Assembly: GCA_963745075.1 (NCBI GenBank)
Contig: CAVUWV010000027.1
Span: forward strand, 96,001 to 160,000
Direction: 5' to 3'
Length of the DNA stretch: 64,000 nucleotides
Origin: Candidatus Hydrogenedentota bacterium
GTDB lineage: Bacteria; Hydrogenedentota; Hydrogenedentia; Hydrogenedentales; SLHB01
Positions 53,166 through 64,000 of this stretch are shown in pieces (positions within the stretch are counted from its first letter, which is position 1; every line of letters starts with the position of its first letter). The notes under the pieces are model-generated. The model did not search any database, was not told the DNA's origin, and worked only from the letters and a program-made list of their open reading frames with translations. Made by a program: the position numbers and the translations under genes.

Positions 53166-56045
53166 ATGAACGCCTGCATCGCAACACTACTTGTCCTCGC
53201 GGCTCAACCGTTGAACGTGGCTATTCTCCACGTGGACGGCCTTACCCAAGATGGCCCCTCATTCATTGACGGAAACTACACGCCCGTTGACGTCGACAGC
53301 ATTGCAAGACTCGATCCCGATACGCTGTTGGTCCTTCCTCAACCGCAGTCCTTTCCCGCGGTCGGTATCTCCTTCATCGAAGCGTTCATCGGAAAAGGAG
53401 GCCATCTTCTGGCGGTTGGCGGGCCCCCGTTTCAGACCTTGGTGTATCAACGCAGCGACGGTGCTTGGGTTGATCTCGAAGACTTGCTCGCTGAAGTAAA
53501 GCCAGAGCACCCTTTGGTGGACTGGGATGCTGTCAACGCCGCTCCGCCGCGGCGGGGGTCCGGCCGTTCGCCCGCGAAGGCGACCTACACACCGCTTCCG
53601 AATGGATACACCGCGGATTTGGATATGCCCGAAGCCGCGAGTTGGGAGGTCCGCGAAATTCCGGTTCAGACACCGCCTCCACCGGGCGACGATGTCCTGC
53701 GGCTTCGCGTGTCCGGCCAAGCTCCGCCAAAAACGTTGCTCGTCGAAGTCCGGGAAACAGATGGGTCGCGTTGGATGACGAAAGTGGCGTTGACTTCGGA
53801 GCCACGCGAAGTCGGCATCCATCGCAACGCATTCGCCTTCTGGCACGATGGTTCCCCGCCCAATCGTGGGTTCAAAGGGGACATGCCCGACTTCTCGAAG
53901 CTGGCTGCGCTGCAAGTCGGGTTCGCTGCAAGTCATCAACGTCTCGATGCGGGGCATTACACCTACACAATCGAAGGCGTCGCCACCGGCCGGTGCGGCG
54001 CAGAAGTCGTGATGGCGAATCCACCGCGGCTGGAAGGGCTCAGCCCGTCCTATAAGCTGTTTTCCGCAACCGCGGCCCGAACGCAATGGCTTGGTCCTTT
54101 CGCCGGTCATCTGCTGGACGTGCCTGCGGCGATCGTGTCCCCCATCGCGCGGCCCATGCACGACGGCGCGGAACGCGACTACGTGTGGCAACCTCACGCG
54201 AAGGCCTTTAAGGACACGGGGCAATGGATCGCCACACCCTTGTCCACGACGTGGCACAACAGCGGTGCGACGTGGTCGTTCCTCGGGTGGCAACCGAAAC
54301 CGGATGAACTCGCGGCGATCGTAACCAGGCTGGCGTCCGTCCTTGCCGACGGAAAACCCGACCTGCCGGCACCCGCCCTCGAAGACGATCCATCGCAAGG
54401 CCCCACGGTATCGGTGGCGGATGGACGCTTTATGCTGGACGGCAAACCCTGGTTCGCCAACGGCATCAACTTCTGGCCCCTCTACGTGTCGGGCATGGAG
54501 CCGCCGGAGTATTACTCGCATTGGCTGAATAGCTCCGACTACATTCCCGAATTGGTCGAACAGGATCTGGCGATTCTGGAAGCGGTCGGCGTGAATCTTG
54601 TCAGCATCCAATACGAGCGGGTCGAGGAAGTGCCGCAACTGCACGATCTTCTCGCGCGCTGCGGCCGTCACGGGATTAAGGTCAACATCTTTCTTCGCGG
54701 CGCCCATCCGATTCATCCGGACGCGTCGGACGATCTCTCGCAGCGACCTTACCTTGAACTGATGCGCGCCGCGAACCTGCGCGGCAATCCCCACGTCTTC
54801 GCATACGACCTTGCCTGGGAACCGCGATTGGGGCTCTTCGATGAACGTCAACGTCTGGACCCCTTGTTCGAAGCATGGGTCAAAACGCAATACGAGTCGA
54901 TCGAGCACGCGGAAGAAGTCTGGCAATGCCCCGCGAACCGGTCCGATGGGAAACTGACCGGCCCCACCAACGACCAGTTGCGCATCGACGGCCCGCACCG
55001 CGTGATGGTCGCCGCCTACCGCCGCTTTGCCGACGACCTCATCAGCCGGCGCTACGGCGAGGTTGTGCGTTTGGCCAGGGAAATCGACGATACCCATCTC
55101 TTTGGTGCGCGTACCGGATACGGCGGCACCGGCACCCGGGGCGTGGTCGCCATCATGCCTTTCCAGCTCACCAGCGGCGCGGCCCACTTGGATTTCCTGT
55201 CACCCGAAGGGTACGGCTACGGCCCCGATAACATTGCCGACGCCGCACTTGTCACCGCATATGCACGCTGGGCCGGAAACGGAAAGCCCGTCTTCTGGGC
55301 CGAGTTTGGGTATTCCGTACTCGGCGGCGGGTCGGAGGCCCTCCAAACGCAGGCCGAACTTTACGGAGCATTCGCAGACATGATCGCGCGAAGCGACGCC
55401 GACGGCTGGGCCGGCTGGTGGTACCCGGGCGGCCGGCGTGTGGATGAACGGAGTGACTTCGGAATCGTCGCGCCCGATAGCGTACCCCGTCCGGCGACGC
55501 AACATCTACACGCCCTGGCGGACCGCGCGGCTGCCCTGTCCGGATATGTCACTTCGGGCCAATTACTTAGCGTACAACGGGATGGTTCGTCCAACGGCCT
55601 GACCGGCGTGATCGAGCGGAATTCAGACACCTTTTCAAAGTTCTATCGTGAAGGGAACATCCCTTCCATCGTGACACCGGGAACGGGAACGACCTCACTG
55701 ATTTGTCCCTATACCGGCATTGGGGGCGTGCCTTACGAAGCGCCCGGTCCGCCCGAGTATCTGAACGCCGAACTCTGGGTGGAACACACGGAAGGGGGCA
55801 CCATTCGGGTGCATGTTTTGAACACGGGCGAAGCCCAATGGGTACCTGATGATTGTGTGCTCGTGCTGGAAGGGCGGACCGAGCCCCAACTGGTGTCGAT
55901 ACCTGCTCCGATAGACCGGTTTCAACAATTTGACCACGAGATTTCTGCTCCGCTACCGGACCGGGTCTTCATGCAATCGAAACGATTTGGCGCTTTCGGG
56001 AAACGGGCGGTTCCTGGGGGGAACGGTCCGCAAAATGTCGAATAA
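53166..56045 (+). CDS. Putative clan GH-A glycoside hydrolase with N-terminal CBM-like domain
   Basis: GRFMLDGKPWFANGINFWP, DLAILEAVGVN, FAYDLAWEP (acid/base position), PVFWAEFG (nucleophile) and DFGIV; GGGGAG RBS. Confidence 0.65.
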   Translation: MNACIATLLVLAAQPLNVAILHVDGLTQDGPSFIDGNYTPVDVDSIARLDPDTLLVLPQPQSFPAVGISFIEAFIGKGGHLLAVGGPPFQTLVYQRSDGAWVDLEDLLAEVKPEHPLVDWDAVNAAPPRRGSGRSPAKATYTPLPNGYTADLDMPEAASWEVREIPVQTPPPPGDDVLRLRVSGQAPPKTLLVEVRETDGSRWMTKVALTSEPREVGIHRNAFAFWHDGSPPNRGFKGDMPDFSKLAALQVGFAASHQRLDAGHYTYTIEGVATGRCGAEVVMANPPRLEGLSPSYKLFSATAARTQWLGPFAGHLLDVPAAIVSPIARPMHDGAERDYVWQPHAKAFKDTGQWIATPLSTTWHNSGATWSFLGWQPKPDELAAIVTRLASVLADGKPDLPAPALEDDPSQGPTVSVADGRFMLDGKPWFANGINFWPLYVSGMEPPEYYSHWLNSSDYIPELVEQDLAILEAVGVNLVSIQYERVEEVPQLHDLLARCGRHGIKVNIFLRGAHPIHPDASDDLSQRPYLELMRAANLRGNPHVFAYDLAWEPRLGLFDERQRLDPLFEAWVKTQYESIEHAEEVWQCPANRSDGKLTGPTNDQLRIDGPHRVMVAAYRRFADDLISRRYGEVVRLAREIDDTHLFGARTGYGGTGTRGVVAIMPFQLTSGAAHLDFLSPEGYGYGPDNIADAALVTAYARWAGNGKPVFWAEFGYSVLGGGSEALQTQAELYGAFADMIARSDADGWAGWWYPGGRRVDERSDFGIVAPDSVPRPATQHLHALADRAAALSGYVTSGQLLSVQRDGSSNGLTGVIERNSDTFSKFYREGNIPSIVTPGTGTTSLICPYTGIGGVPYEAPGPPEYLNAELWVEHTEGGTIRVHVLNTGEAQWVPDDCVLVLEGRTEPQLVSIPAPIDRFQQFDHEISAPLPDRVFMQSKRFGAFGKRAVPGGNGPQNVE

Positions 56046-56495
56046 AGAGGGGCTCGCCACGCGTTGATCTAATCGTGAAAAATAGAGCAATTTAGATATC
56101 GGTTCGCGAAGAAATTGGCCTAGTATTGGCCTTGAATAGTCCTTTTATTCCCTTTGTTTATAGGCGTTGGCTGCATTTCCACGTTCTTGAAAACGTTGTT
56201 GTTTTAGTGCGGATTTTGTGGCAAAATAGGAGCACTTGCGCGTTTGGTGCAGTTTTTGGCCCACGCGAGTCTGGCTGAGGGTTGTTCGCCGATCCGGGTT
56301 CTTCCGGTTTCGACGGCTGCGGCCCGGGAATACGAGTTCCGGGGGCCCAGTCTCCGGCAAATTCACTCTCCGGATGAACAGATTCTCCCATTTCCCCGAG
56401 ATGAATCGCTCTATGGAAGGGGTTTCGGAGTTCCAAGGACATATCGGCCGAAGCCAAGGAAGGCGTGGCCACTGGCTTCGGGTCGACAATAGGAT

Positions 56496-57881
56496 ATGAC
56501 GATGGCTGTACACAAGATTAAGAAGGGGTTGGATCTCCCCATCGCGGGCGCACCCGTACAGGAAATCGAGACCGCCCGGTCGCCCAAGAGCGTTGCCATT
56601 CTTGGTGACGACTACATCGGGATGAAACCCACCATGGCGGTCAAAGTCGGTGACGCCGTGAAGCGGGGGCAACTGCTTTTCGAAGACAAGAAGACCCCGG
56701 GGGTCCGGTTTACAGCCCTCGGCGCGGGAACGGTTACGGCTGTCAACCGGGGCGCAAAACGCGCTTTTCAGTCGCTCGTCATGGAACTGAACGAGGCCGA
56801 GCGCAAGGGTGCGGTTTCCGAAGCGGACGTCGCCTCCTTCGAGAATTTCACCGGAAACGATCCCGCCGGGCTCAGCCGCGACCAAATCTCCGCCCTGCTG
56901 GTGGAATCCGGCCTTTGGACTGCGTTCCGGACGCGCCCCTTCAGCAAAGTCCCGGAACCGGGTACGGAACCCCACTCCATCTTCGTTACCGCCATTGACA
57001 CCAACCCGTTGGCGCCGTTGGTGGAGAAGATTCTCGCCGGTCGCGAGGAAGATTTTCAGCATGGCCTGATTTGCATCGCCAAATTGACGGAAGGCAAGAC
57101 CTTCCTCTGCAAAGCTAAAGGCGCGGCGATACCGGCCAATCCGAATACCGGCATTACCATTGAAGAGTTTGAAGGGGGTCATCCAGCCGGGAACGCTGGG
57201 CTTCACATCCACCTGCTCGATCCTGTCCACCGTGAAAAGACGGTCTGGAGTATTGGCCTGCAGGATGTGGTCGCCATCGGTCACTTGTTCAAAACGGGCC
57301 AACTCGATGTCGCGCGTGTCGTTTCGCTGGCGGGACCCATGGTGCAAAACCCGCGTTTGTTACGCACCCGGCTCGGGGCATCCACCGACGACCTCACGGA
57401 CGGCGAGTTAAAAGACGGCGAGAACCGGGTGATTTCGGGTTCGGTTTTGTCGGGTCGCCAGGCGCAAGGTGAGGTACACGGCTTTATTGGCCGGTACCAT
57501 CAACAGATCTCCGTGATTCGGGAAGGCCGGGAACGTGAGTTCCTCGGCTGGCTCGCGCCAGGAAAGAATAAGTTCTCCATCCTGAACGTTTTTGTTTCGC
57601 GCCTGTCGACCAAGAAAGAATTCGAGTTTACGACCACGACCAACGGGTCTGAACGCGCCATGGTCCCCATTGGCATGTACGAAAAGGTTATGCCAATGGA
57701 TATCCTGCCGACCCACCTGCTGCGTTCACTGGTTTCGGAGGATATCGAAACCGCAGAGAAACTCGGATGTCTCGAACTCGATGAAGAAGATCTGGCCTTG
57801 TGCACGTTTGTCTGCCCCGGTAAATATGACTACGGAATCATTCTCCGCAAGAATCTCGACGTGATTGATAGGGAAGGCTGA
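56496..57881 (+). CDS. nqrA: Na+-translocating NADH:quinone reductase subunit A
   Basis: [35 protein letters not shown] and [16 protein letters not shown]. Confidence 0.96.
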   Translation: MTMAVHKIKKGLDLPIAGAPVQEIETARSPKSVAILGDDYIGMKPTMAVKVGDAVKRGQLLFEDKKTPGVRFTALGAGTVTAVNRGAKRAFQSLVMELNEAERKGAVSEADVASFENFTGNDPAGLSRDQISALLVESGLWTAFRTRPFSKVPEPGTEPHSIFVTAIDTNPLAPLVEKILAGREEDFQHGLICIAKLTEGKTFLCKAKGAAIPANPNTGITIEEFEGGHPAGNAGLHIHLLDPVHREKTVWSIGLQDVVAIGHLFKTGQLDVARVVSLAGPMVQNPRLLRTRLGASTDDLTDGELKDGENRVISGSVLSGRQAQGEVHGFIGRYHQQISVIREGREREFLGWLAPGKNKFSILNVFVSRLSTKKEFEFTTTTNGSERAMVPIGMYEKVMPMDILPTHLLRSLVSEDIETAEKLGCLELDEEDLALCTFVCPGKYDYGIILRKNLDVIDREG

Positions 57882-59101
57882 TGAAGTTCCTACGTAACCT
57901 GCAGGAAAAACAACGTCCGCTGTTTGAAAAGGGCGGCAAGCTCGAGAAGCTCCATCCGCTCTTCGAGGCGAACGACACCTTTCTGTTTACCCCCGGAAAG
58001 GTGACCCACGCCGCGTCCCACGTGCGGGACGGTATTGACTTGAAACGCATGATGAGTGTTGTCGTCCTCGCGCTCCTTCCGTGCATGGCCATGGCGATGT
58101 TCAACACCGGGTTTCAGGCGAATCTTGCGGTGGAAGGCGGCGCCGGCGTCTGGCATGGGTGGCAAACCAGTGTGTATGAGGGCCTCGGCCTGCCGCACAG
58201 TTCCAGCAATTACCTCGCGTGTTTCCTCTACGGCGCCCTGTTCTTCCTGCCCGTCTATATCGTGACGCTGGTCGCGGGCGGGTTTTGGGAAGTCTTGTTT
58301 GCCATCGTTCGCAAGCACGAAGTCAACGAAGGGTTCCTTGTTACCAGCGCCCTTTTCCCCCTGATCCTGCCGCCCACGATTCCCCTTTGGCAGGTGGCCA
58401 TCGGGATCAGCTTCGGCGTGGTCATCGGCAAGGAGATTTTCGGCGGCACCGGCATGAATATCTTCAATCCCGCCTTGGTGTCCCGCGCGTTTCTGTTCTT
58501 CGCCTATCCCGCACAAATATCCGGCGACAAGGTATGGATCGCGGCGAAGACCTCGGCCGATGCGTACAGCGGCGCAACATGGCTGGCCCAGGCATCGGAA
58601 AGCGGAATCAGCGTACTGCGCGACGGCCTGGGTTGGTGGCACGCCTTCTTCGGCCTCGAGCCCGGCTCCATGGGGGAGACTTCCGCCTTCTTTGCCCTGC
58701 TCGGCGCGGTCGTGTTGATTGTCACGGGCGTCGGCTCCTGGCGCACCATGGTGGGGTGTCTCCTCGGCAGTTTCGCCATGTCGACCTTGCTCAACGTCAT
58801 CGGATCTGATACGAATCCCTTCTTCAGCGTGCCGTTCTACTGGCACTGGGTGATCGGCAGTTTCGCCTTTGCGGCGGTCTTCATGGCCACCGACCCCGTC
58901 TCCTCCGCATTCACCCATACTGGGAAATGGCTTTACGGAATCGGCATCGGCGTCATGGGTATCCTGGTTCGCGTAATCAACCCGGCGTATCCCGAGGGGT
59001 GGATGCTCGCAATCTTGTTCATGAACATGTTTGCCCCGTTGATCGACCATTTCGTCGTGAAAGGGAATATCAAACGGAGGTTAGCGCGCAGTGCGGCTTA
59101 A
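57881..59101 (+). CDS. nqrB: Na+-NQR subunit B
   Basis: HVRDGIDLKR, KEIFGGTG.N, FMN site SGAT, GSMGETS, FMATDPVS and NPAYPEG. Confidence 0.96.
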   Translation: MKFLRNLQEKQRPLFEKGGKLEKLHPLFEANDTFLFTPGKVTHAASHVRDGIDLKRMMSVVVLALLPCMAMAMFNTGFQANLAVEGGAGVWHGWQTSVYEGLGLPHSSSNYLACFLYGALFFLPVYIVTLVAGGFWEVLFAIVRKHEVNEGFLVTSALFPLILPPTIPLWQVAIGISFGVVIGKEIFGGTGMNIFNPALVSRAFLFFAYPAQISGDKVWIAAKTSADAYSGATWLAQASESGISVLRDGLGWWHAFFGLEPGSMGETSAFFALLGAVVLIVTGVGSWRTMVGCLLGSFAMSTLLNVIGSDTNPFFSVPFYWHWVIGSFAFAAVFMATDPVSSAFTHTGKWLYGIGIGVMGILVRVINPAYPEGWMLAILFMNMFAPLIDHFVVKGNIKRRLARSAA

Positions 59102-59876
59102 TGACACAGTCTATACGTTTATGTTCGCGGGCGTGGTGTGCCTGATCTGCTCCTTGCTCGTTTCCACCAGCGCCGTCACACTTCGGGCGAAGCAGGAAGC
59201 CAACAAGCTGCTGGACCGGCAAGAGAAGGTGTTGGCGGTCAGCGGTCTGACGAAAGAGGGCGAGTCCGTGTCGCCCGAGGAAGTTCGCGAACTGTTCGCG
59301 ACGAAAATCCAACCGCGCATTGTTAACCTCGAAAAGGGCGAATACGTTCCGGAAAGCGAAGTCAATCCCAAGACGTTCGATCAGCAAAAGGCCGCGAAAG
59401 ATCCGGCACGCAGCGAGAAGGCGCCCCAAAACAAAGCGCAGGTTCGCCGGATTCCAAACGACGCGCTCATCTACCAGGTCGTCGAGGACGGCAAGGTGAC
59501 GGAACTGATTCTTCCCGTCGAAGGCAAGGGCCTTTGGTCGACGCTCTACGGCTATCTCGCGCTGGACAAGGATACGACGACCATCAAAGGATTGACCTTC
59601 TACCAGGAGGCGGAAACGCCCGGACTCGGCGGCGAGATAGAGAATCCGAAGTGGTTGGCGCTTTGGCCCGGCCGCAAAGCTTACGGCCCGGACTGGAAAC
59701 CGGAGATCCGTGTGATTAAGGGACCCGCAGGCCCCCCCAGTGAAGCCCCCCATTCGGTGGACGGGTTGTCCGGCGCCACGCTGACCAGCAACGGCGTCAC
59801 GAATCTCCTGCAGTTCTGGCTCGGCGAAAACGGGTTTGGCCCCTACCTCAAGAATTTCCGCGAGAAAGGAAGCTAA
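59091..59876 (+). CDS. nqrC: Na+-NQR subunit C
   Basis: [14 protein letters not shown] and FMN site [11 protein letters not shown]. Confidence 0.95.
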   Translation: MRLNDTVYTFMFAGVVCLICSLLVSTSAVTLRAKQEANKLLDRQEKVLAVSGLTKEGESVSPEEVRELFATKIQPRIVNLEKGEYVPESEVNPKTFDQQKAAKDPARSEKAPQNKAQVRRIPNDALIYQVVEDGKVTELILPVEGKGLWSTLYGYLALDKDTTTIKGLTFYQEAETPGLGGEIENPKWLALWPGRKAYGPDWKPEIRVIKGPAGPPSEAPHSVDGLSGATLTSNGVTNLLQFWLGENGFGPYLKNFREKGS

Positions 59877-59880
59877 GACC

Positions 59881-60513
59881 ATGGCCTTCGGAAAACAAGA
59901 AAAAGCGGCGCTCATCGACCCGCTGTTCAATAACAATCCCATTGCCTTGCAGGTGCTGGGCATCTGTTCGGCATTGGCGGTGACGACCAAGCTCGACACG
60001 GCCCTGGTGATGTGCGTGGCCCTGACCGCCGTCACCGCGTTTTCGAGCGCGGCAGTCAGTTTCGTTCGTAATGCGGTCCCGAACAGCATTCGGATCATCG
60101 TACAGTTGGCGATTATCGCATCGCTCGTGATCATCACCGACCAGATTCTCCGGGCCTACCTCTACGATATCTCCAAACAGCTTTCCGTGTTTGTGGGGCT
60201 TATCATCACCAACTGCATCGTCATGGGCCGCGCCGAAGGGTACGCCATGCAGAACCCGCCGGTGTTGAGCTTTCTCGACGGTATCGGCAACGGGCTTGGA
60301 TACAGTCTGATCCTTCTCGTCACCGCTCTCCTGCGAGAATTCTTCGGCTCCGGCTCCATTTACGGCATGCAGATCCTGAAACCGGTCACCGAGGGCGGGT
60401 GGTACACGCCGAACGGTCTGATGCTGCTGGCGCCGGCTGCATTCTTCATCATCGGATTCTTAATCTGGGGCATCCGTACGTGGAAGCCCGAGCAAGTGGA
60501 AGAGGAGGGCTAA
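59881..60513 (+). CDS. nqrD: Na+-NQR subunit D
   Basis: [18 protein letters not shown] and [17 protein letters not shown]. Confidence 0.96.
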   Translation: MAFGKQEKAALIDPLFNNNPIALQVLGICSALAVTTKLDTALVMCVALTAVTAFSSAAVSFVRNAVPNSIRIIVQLAIIASLVIITDQILRAYLYDISKQLSVFVGLIITNCIVMGRAEGYAMQNPPVLSFLDGIGNGLGYSLILLVTALLREFFGSGSIYGMQILKPVTEGGWYTPNGLMLLAPAAFFIIGFLIWGIRTWKPEQVEEEG

Positions 60514-60518
60514 CCGCT

Positions 60519-61139
60519 ATGGGTCTCGAGCATTATCTCAGCCTCGCGGTGCGATCCGTGTTCATCGAGAATATGGCCTTGGCCTATTTCCTGGGCATGT
60601 GTTCGTTTCTGGCCTGTTCGAAGAAAGTCGAAACGGCCATCGGATTGGGCTGCGCCGTGGTCTTCGTGCAGTCCATTACGATCCCGCTGAACAACCTTTT
60701 TCTGAAACACGTGTTGGCGGAAGGCGCCCTCGGCTGGATTCACCCCAGCCTTGCGAACGTTGATCTGACCTTTCTTGGGTTTATCACCTACATCGGCACC
60801 ATTGCGGCGGCGGTGCAGATTGTCGAGATGGCGCTGGACCGCTATGTTCCTGCGTTGTACTCGGCGCTTGGCGTATTCCTCCCCCTGATCGCCGTGAACT
60901 GCGCCATCTTAGGCGGTTCGTTGTTCATGGTCGAGCGCGACTACAACTTCCCCGAGAGCGTCGTGTTTGGTGTCGGTTCCGGGTTGGGGTGGGCGCTGGC
61001 TATCGTGGCCCTGGCCGCCGTTCGTGAGAAGATGAAATACAGCAACGTGCCCCACGGCTTGCGCGGGCTGGGCATGACGTTCCTTTTGACCGGTCTGATG
61101 GCGGTCGCCTTTATGGCGTTCGCCGGGATTCAGTTGTAA
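60519..61139 (+). CDS. nqrE: Na+-NQR subunit E
   Basis: [23 protein letters not shown] and REKMKYS.VP.GLRGLG. Confidence 0.96.
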   Translation: MGLEHYLSLAVRSVFIENMALAYFLGMCSFLACSKKVETAIGLGCAVVFVQSITIPLNNLFLKHVLAEGALGWIHPSLANVDLTFLGFITYIGTIAAAVQIVEMALDRYVPALYSALGVFLPLIAVNCAILGGSLFMVERDYNFPESVVFGVGSGLGWALAIVALAAVREKMKYSNVPHGLRGLGMTFLLTGLMAVAFMAFAGIQL

Positions 61140-61169
61140 CCGCTACGCGCGCGATTGGGAGACGCACTT

Positions 61170-62400
61170 ATGCAGCTCATAGTCCTCGGCGTCATCATGT
61201 TCACGGCTATCATCCTCTTTTTGACGGCTGTGCTCCTTCTGGCCAAGGCCAAATTGGTCGCCAGCGGCGACGTGAACCTCAGTATCAACGACGATCCCGA
61301 GAATTCGATTACGGTCGCCGCGGGTGGCACACTGTTGAATACCCTGGCGGCGCGCAAGATTTTCATCCCTTCCGCATGCGGCGGCAAAGGTAGCTGCGGC
61401 GTCTGTAAAGTGACCGTGAAAGAAGGCGGTGGCGCATTGCTTCCCACGGAACTCAGTCACATCAGCCGCGGAGAAGCCCGCGAAGGGTGCCGCCTTTCCT
61501 GTCAGGTGAAGATCAAGAACGACATGAAGATCGAAATCCCTGCCGAGATCTTCAGCGTCAAGAAGTGGCAATGCAAGGTGCGGTCCAACAAGAACGTCGC
61601 AACATTCATCAAAGAACTCGTCCTCGAACTGCCCGAAGGTGAAGCGGTCCCCTTCCGGGCCGGCGGTTACATCCAGATCGAGTGCCCCCCGCACACCGTC
61701 CATTACAAGGATTTCGAAGTCGAAGAACGGTTCCGGGAAGATTGGGATAAGTTCGATATTTGGCGGTACACATCGAGTCTGCACCGAAAAGGTGGAGCGC
61801 GCGTACTCCATGGCGAACTATCCCGAGGAGAGCGGCATCATCATGCTCAACGTGCGCATCGCGTCGCCGCCGCCCCGGGCGCCGGAAGGAACGCCCCCCG
61901 GCATCATGTCTTCGTACATTTTCAGCTTGAAGCCCGGCGATGAAGTCACGATCTCCGGTCCCTTCGGAGAATTCTTCGCGCGCGACACCGACAACGAAAT
62001 GATCTTCATCGGTGGTGGCGCGGGGATGGCCCCGATGCGTTCCCATATCTTCGATCAGTTCCGGCGGCTGCATACCAAGCGGAAGGTGAGCTTCTGGTAC
62101 GGCGCACGCAGCATGCGCGAGGCCTTCTACGTCGATGATTTCAACTCGATCCAATCGGAAAACGAGAACTTCAAATGGCACCTCGCTCTCTCGGAACCGC
62201 TGGAAGAAGACAACTGGACCGGCCCGGTCGGGTTTATCCACAAAGTCTTGTACGACAACTACCTTAAAGATCATCCCGCGCCCGAAGACGTTGAATACTA
62301 CATCTGCGGACCGCCCATGATGAATACCGCCGTGATCAACATGCTGACCGACCTGGGCGTGGAACGCGAGAACATCCTGTTCGACGACTTCGGCGGTTAG
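61170..62400 (+). CDS. nqrF: Na+-NQR subunit F; +1 frameshift near 61777
   Basis: 2Fe-2S motif [44 protein letters not shown] and DDFGG in the following frame. Confidence 0.93.
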
Positions 62401-62417
62401 TCGAACGGCGATCTTTC

Positions 62418-63488
62418 ATGCAGCGTCACGCCGATAGGGAAGACGCGCCCGGGTGGCGTAACCACATCGTTCTCGGCGTCTTCATCGTGTCGCTGACGCT
62501 GGCGCTGTCCGCGTGTCACCGGCCTCCGGTCGTCTATCACATTACCGGCCCCACCATGGGGACGACCTTTTCGGTAAAGGTTTTGCCGAAAGATCCCGGC
62601 GAAGACCGGGGCGACGAACTCGGGAAGGTCATCAAGGCGCAACTCGATTCCGTCAACGGCAAGATGTCCACCTACCTTGACGACTCGGAGTTGTCCAAGT
62701 TCAATCATTCATCGAGCACGGATCCATTTCCGGTTTCGGACGACACGTTCAAGGTCTTTCAGCTTGCGCAGACGATCAGCGAGGCGACGAACGGCGCCTT
62801 CGACGTCACCGTCGGCCCCTTGGTGAATGCCTGGGGATTCGGACCGGACGGAATTGCGATCCAACCCCCGTCACCGGAGGTGCTGGAATCGCTCCATCAG
62901 CGCGTGGGGTACACAAAGATCGAATTGGATCCCGAGCACAAAACCATCCGGAAAACGCAGCCCGACGTGTACGCCGACCTGTCCGCCATCGCAAAGGGTT
63001 TTGGGGTCGACAAAGTGTTCGAGGCGCTTCGCTCGCTGGGTTACGAGAACGTCATGGTTGAGGTGGGCGGAGAAGTGCGCGCCGCCGGACACAACGACCG
63101 CGGCCAGCTCTGGCAAATCGCCATCGAAAAACCCATCTCGGACGGGCGCGTGGTCGAACGCATCGTCCAGTTGGACGACCTCGCGCTGGCCACGTCCGGC
63201 GATTATCGCAATTACTTCGAGGAGAACGGTGTGCGCATGTCCCACATCATCGATCCCCGCACCAACCGGCCCATCGCGCATAATCTGGCTTCCGCCAGTG
63301 TTCTCTCTAAGGAATGTGCTGTGGCAGACGGCTACGCCACGGCCATGATGGTGCTCGGGGCCGAAGAAGGCTACGAAACCGCCGTCCGCGAGAAGTTGGC
63401 CGTATTGTTCATCACGCGCGAGGATGATGGTACATTTGTAGAGAAAGCAACGCCGGAGTTCGAGCGCCTGGCGCCGAAACCGGATTAA
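62418..63488 (+). CDS. apbE: FAD:protein FMN transferase (lipoprotein)
   Basis: Lipobox LSAC, GPTMGT, DLSAIAKG, ATSGDYRN, SHIIDPRT and ADGYATA. Confidence 0.95.
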   Translation: MQRHADREDAPGWRNHIVLGVFIVSLTLALSACHRPPVVYHITGPTMGTTFSVKVLPKDPGEDRGDELGKVIKAQLDSVNGKMSTYLDDSELSKFNHSSSTDPFPVSDDTFKVFQLAQTISEATNGAFDVTVGPLVNAWGFGPDGIAIQPPSPEVLESLHQRVGYTKIELDPEHKTIRKTQPDVYADLSAIAKGFGVDKVFEALRSLGYENVMVEVGGEVRAAGHNDRGQLWQIAIEKPISDGRVVERIVQLDDLALATSGDYRNYFEENGVRMSHIIDPRTNRPIAHNLASASVLSKECAVADGYATAMMVLGAEEGYETAVREKLAVLFITREDDGTFVEKATPEFERLAPKPD

Positions 63489-63499
63489 GGTGTAGACCT

Positions 63500-63751
63500 A
63501 TGACGATGGTCGTGACAATCTTACTTTCGATAGTAATTATCGCCGTGGCGATGTTGTTCCTGGCGATCGGCGTCATGTTTCGTGGGCGCTGCCTGCGCGG
63601 CACCTGCGGCGGCGACGGCGTTATCGGTCCCGACGGCGAGATTCTTACCTGCGATACGTGTCCGCGACGCAAAGAGTTGGAGCACGAGTTGGAACTCGCG
63701 AAGAAAGCACAGGCCCCCGAATCCAAGGAACCATCGCTGACTTCACGATGA
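63500..63751 (+). CDS. nqrM: NqrM-like Na+-NQR maturation protein
   Basis: Single TM ending LAIGVMF, then LRGTCGG and CDTC; follows apbE. Confidence 0.72.
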   Translation: MTMVVTILLSIVIIAVAMLFLAIGVMFRGRCLRGTCGGDGVIGPDGEILTCDTCPRRKELEHELELAKKAQAPESKEPSLTSR

Positions 63752-64000
63752 CCGGCGATCGTCTGGTTCCGGCTTCGCGGTCGCGACCTCAGAAATCACC
63801 CGATCGCGCCACGTAAGTGGAAACTGAAACCATTCCTGTTGCCACGCGAGAATTGCGAAACCCGTTCGCAAGACTCCGGCTGCGGGATGAAACCATTCCA
63901 GCAAGGGCCGCATCTTGGCCACCGAGCGAAATTCGCGTATTGCGAGCGCGCAACTCACATAGGCGGCCAACGCCGCCATGCCAAAAACGATCCACGAAAA
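63743..64000 (-). CDS. 3' end of a membrane protein truncated by the window edge, possibly a GT2 glycosyltransferase
   Basis: Frame is open to the window edge: FSWIVFGMAALAAYV...LTWRDR, resembling the C-terminal W-R/K-G/D-R of GT2 membrane enzymes. Confidence 0.35.
   Translation of the reverse strand, partial: FSWIVFGMAALAAYVSCALAIREFRSVAKMRPLLEWFHPAAGVLRTGFAILAWQQEWFQFPLTWRDRVISEVATAKPEPDDRRSS

Noticed and set aside
53259..55187. 642-aa minus-strand ORF
   Set aside because: Antisense to the GH-A hydrolase; no motifs
61770..61790. Programmed frameshift in nqrF
   Set aside because: No canonical slippery heptamer at the shift and none known for nqrF; an indel error is more likely

Overview
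GC-rich bacterial chromosomal window with no rRNA, tRNA, CRISPR array or transposase that I can support. The gene mix (rny-ymdB-smc, a PVC-type DUF1501/DUF1549/cytochrome-WD40 cluster, an ECF sigma fusion, secreted glycan enzymes, Na+-NQR) suggests an uncultured diderm lineage such as Candidatus Hydrogenedentes; this is inference only. In order it holds: a MacB-type permease, trkA/trkH, glmM-folP-ftsH, manC, a ~1430-aa DUF4838 surface protein, two GH38 alpha-mannosidases, a small lipoprotein, a plant-type FNR and a secreted ADP-ribosylglycohydrolase-fold protein. Next is a minus-strand run (rny-ymdB-smc-GT4-hydrolase-NRPS-GT1-GT1), then cheX, a five-gene Tat/heme/WD40 envelope cluster, a membrane-spanning ECF sigma-thioredoxin fusion, a clan GH-A hydrolase and nqrABCDEF-apbE-nqrM. 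The best novel-system candidate is the monomodular starter-C/A(Tyr-type code)/PCP/TE NRPS with tandem glycosyltransferases, predicted to make a glycosylated N-acyl aromatic amino acid lipid. About ten single-base frameshifts, mostly in homopolymers, look like sequencing or assembly errors, so the split genes are reported as joined CDSs.
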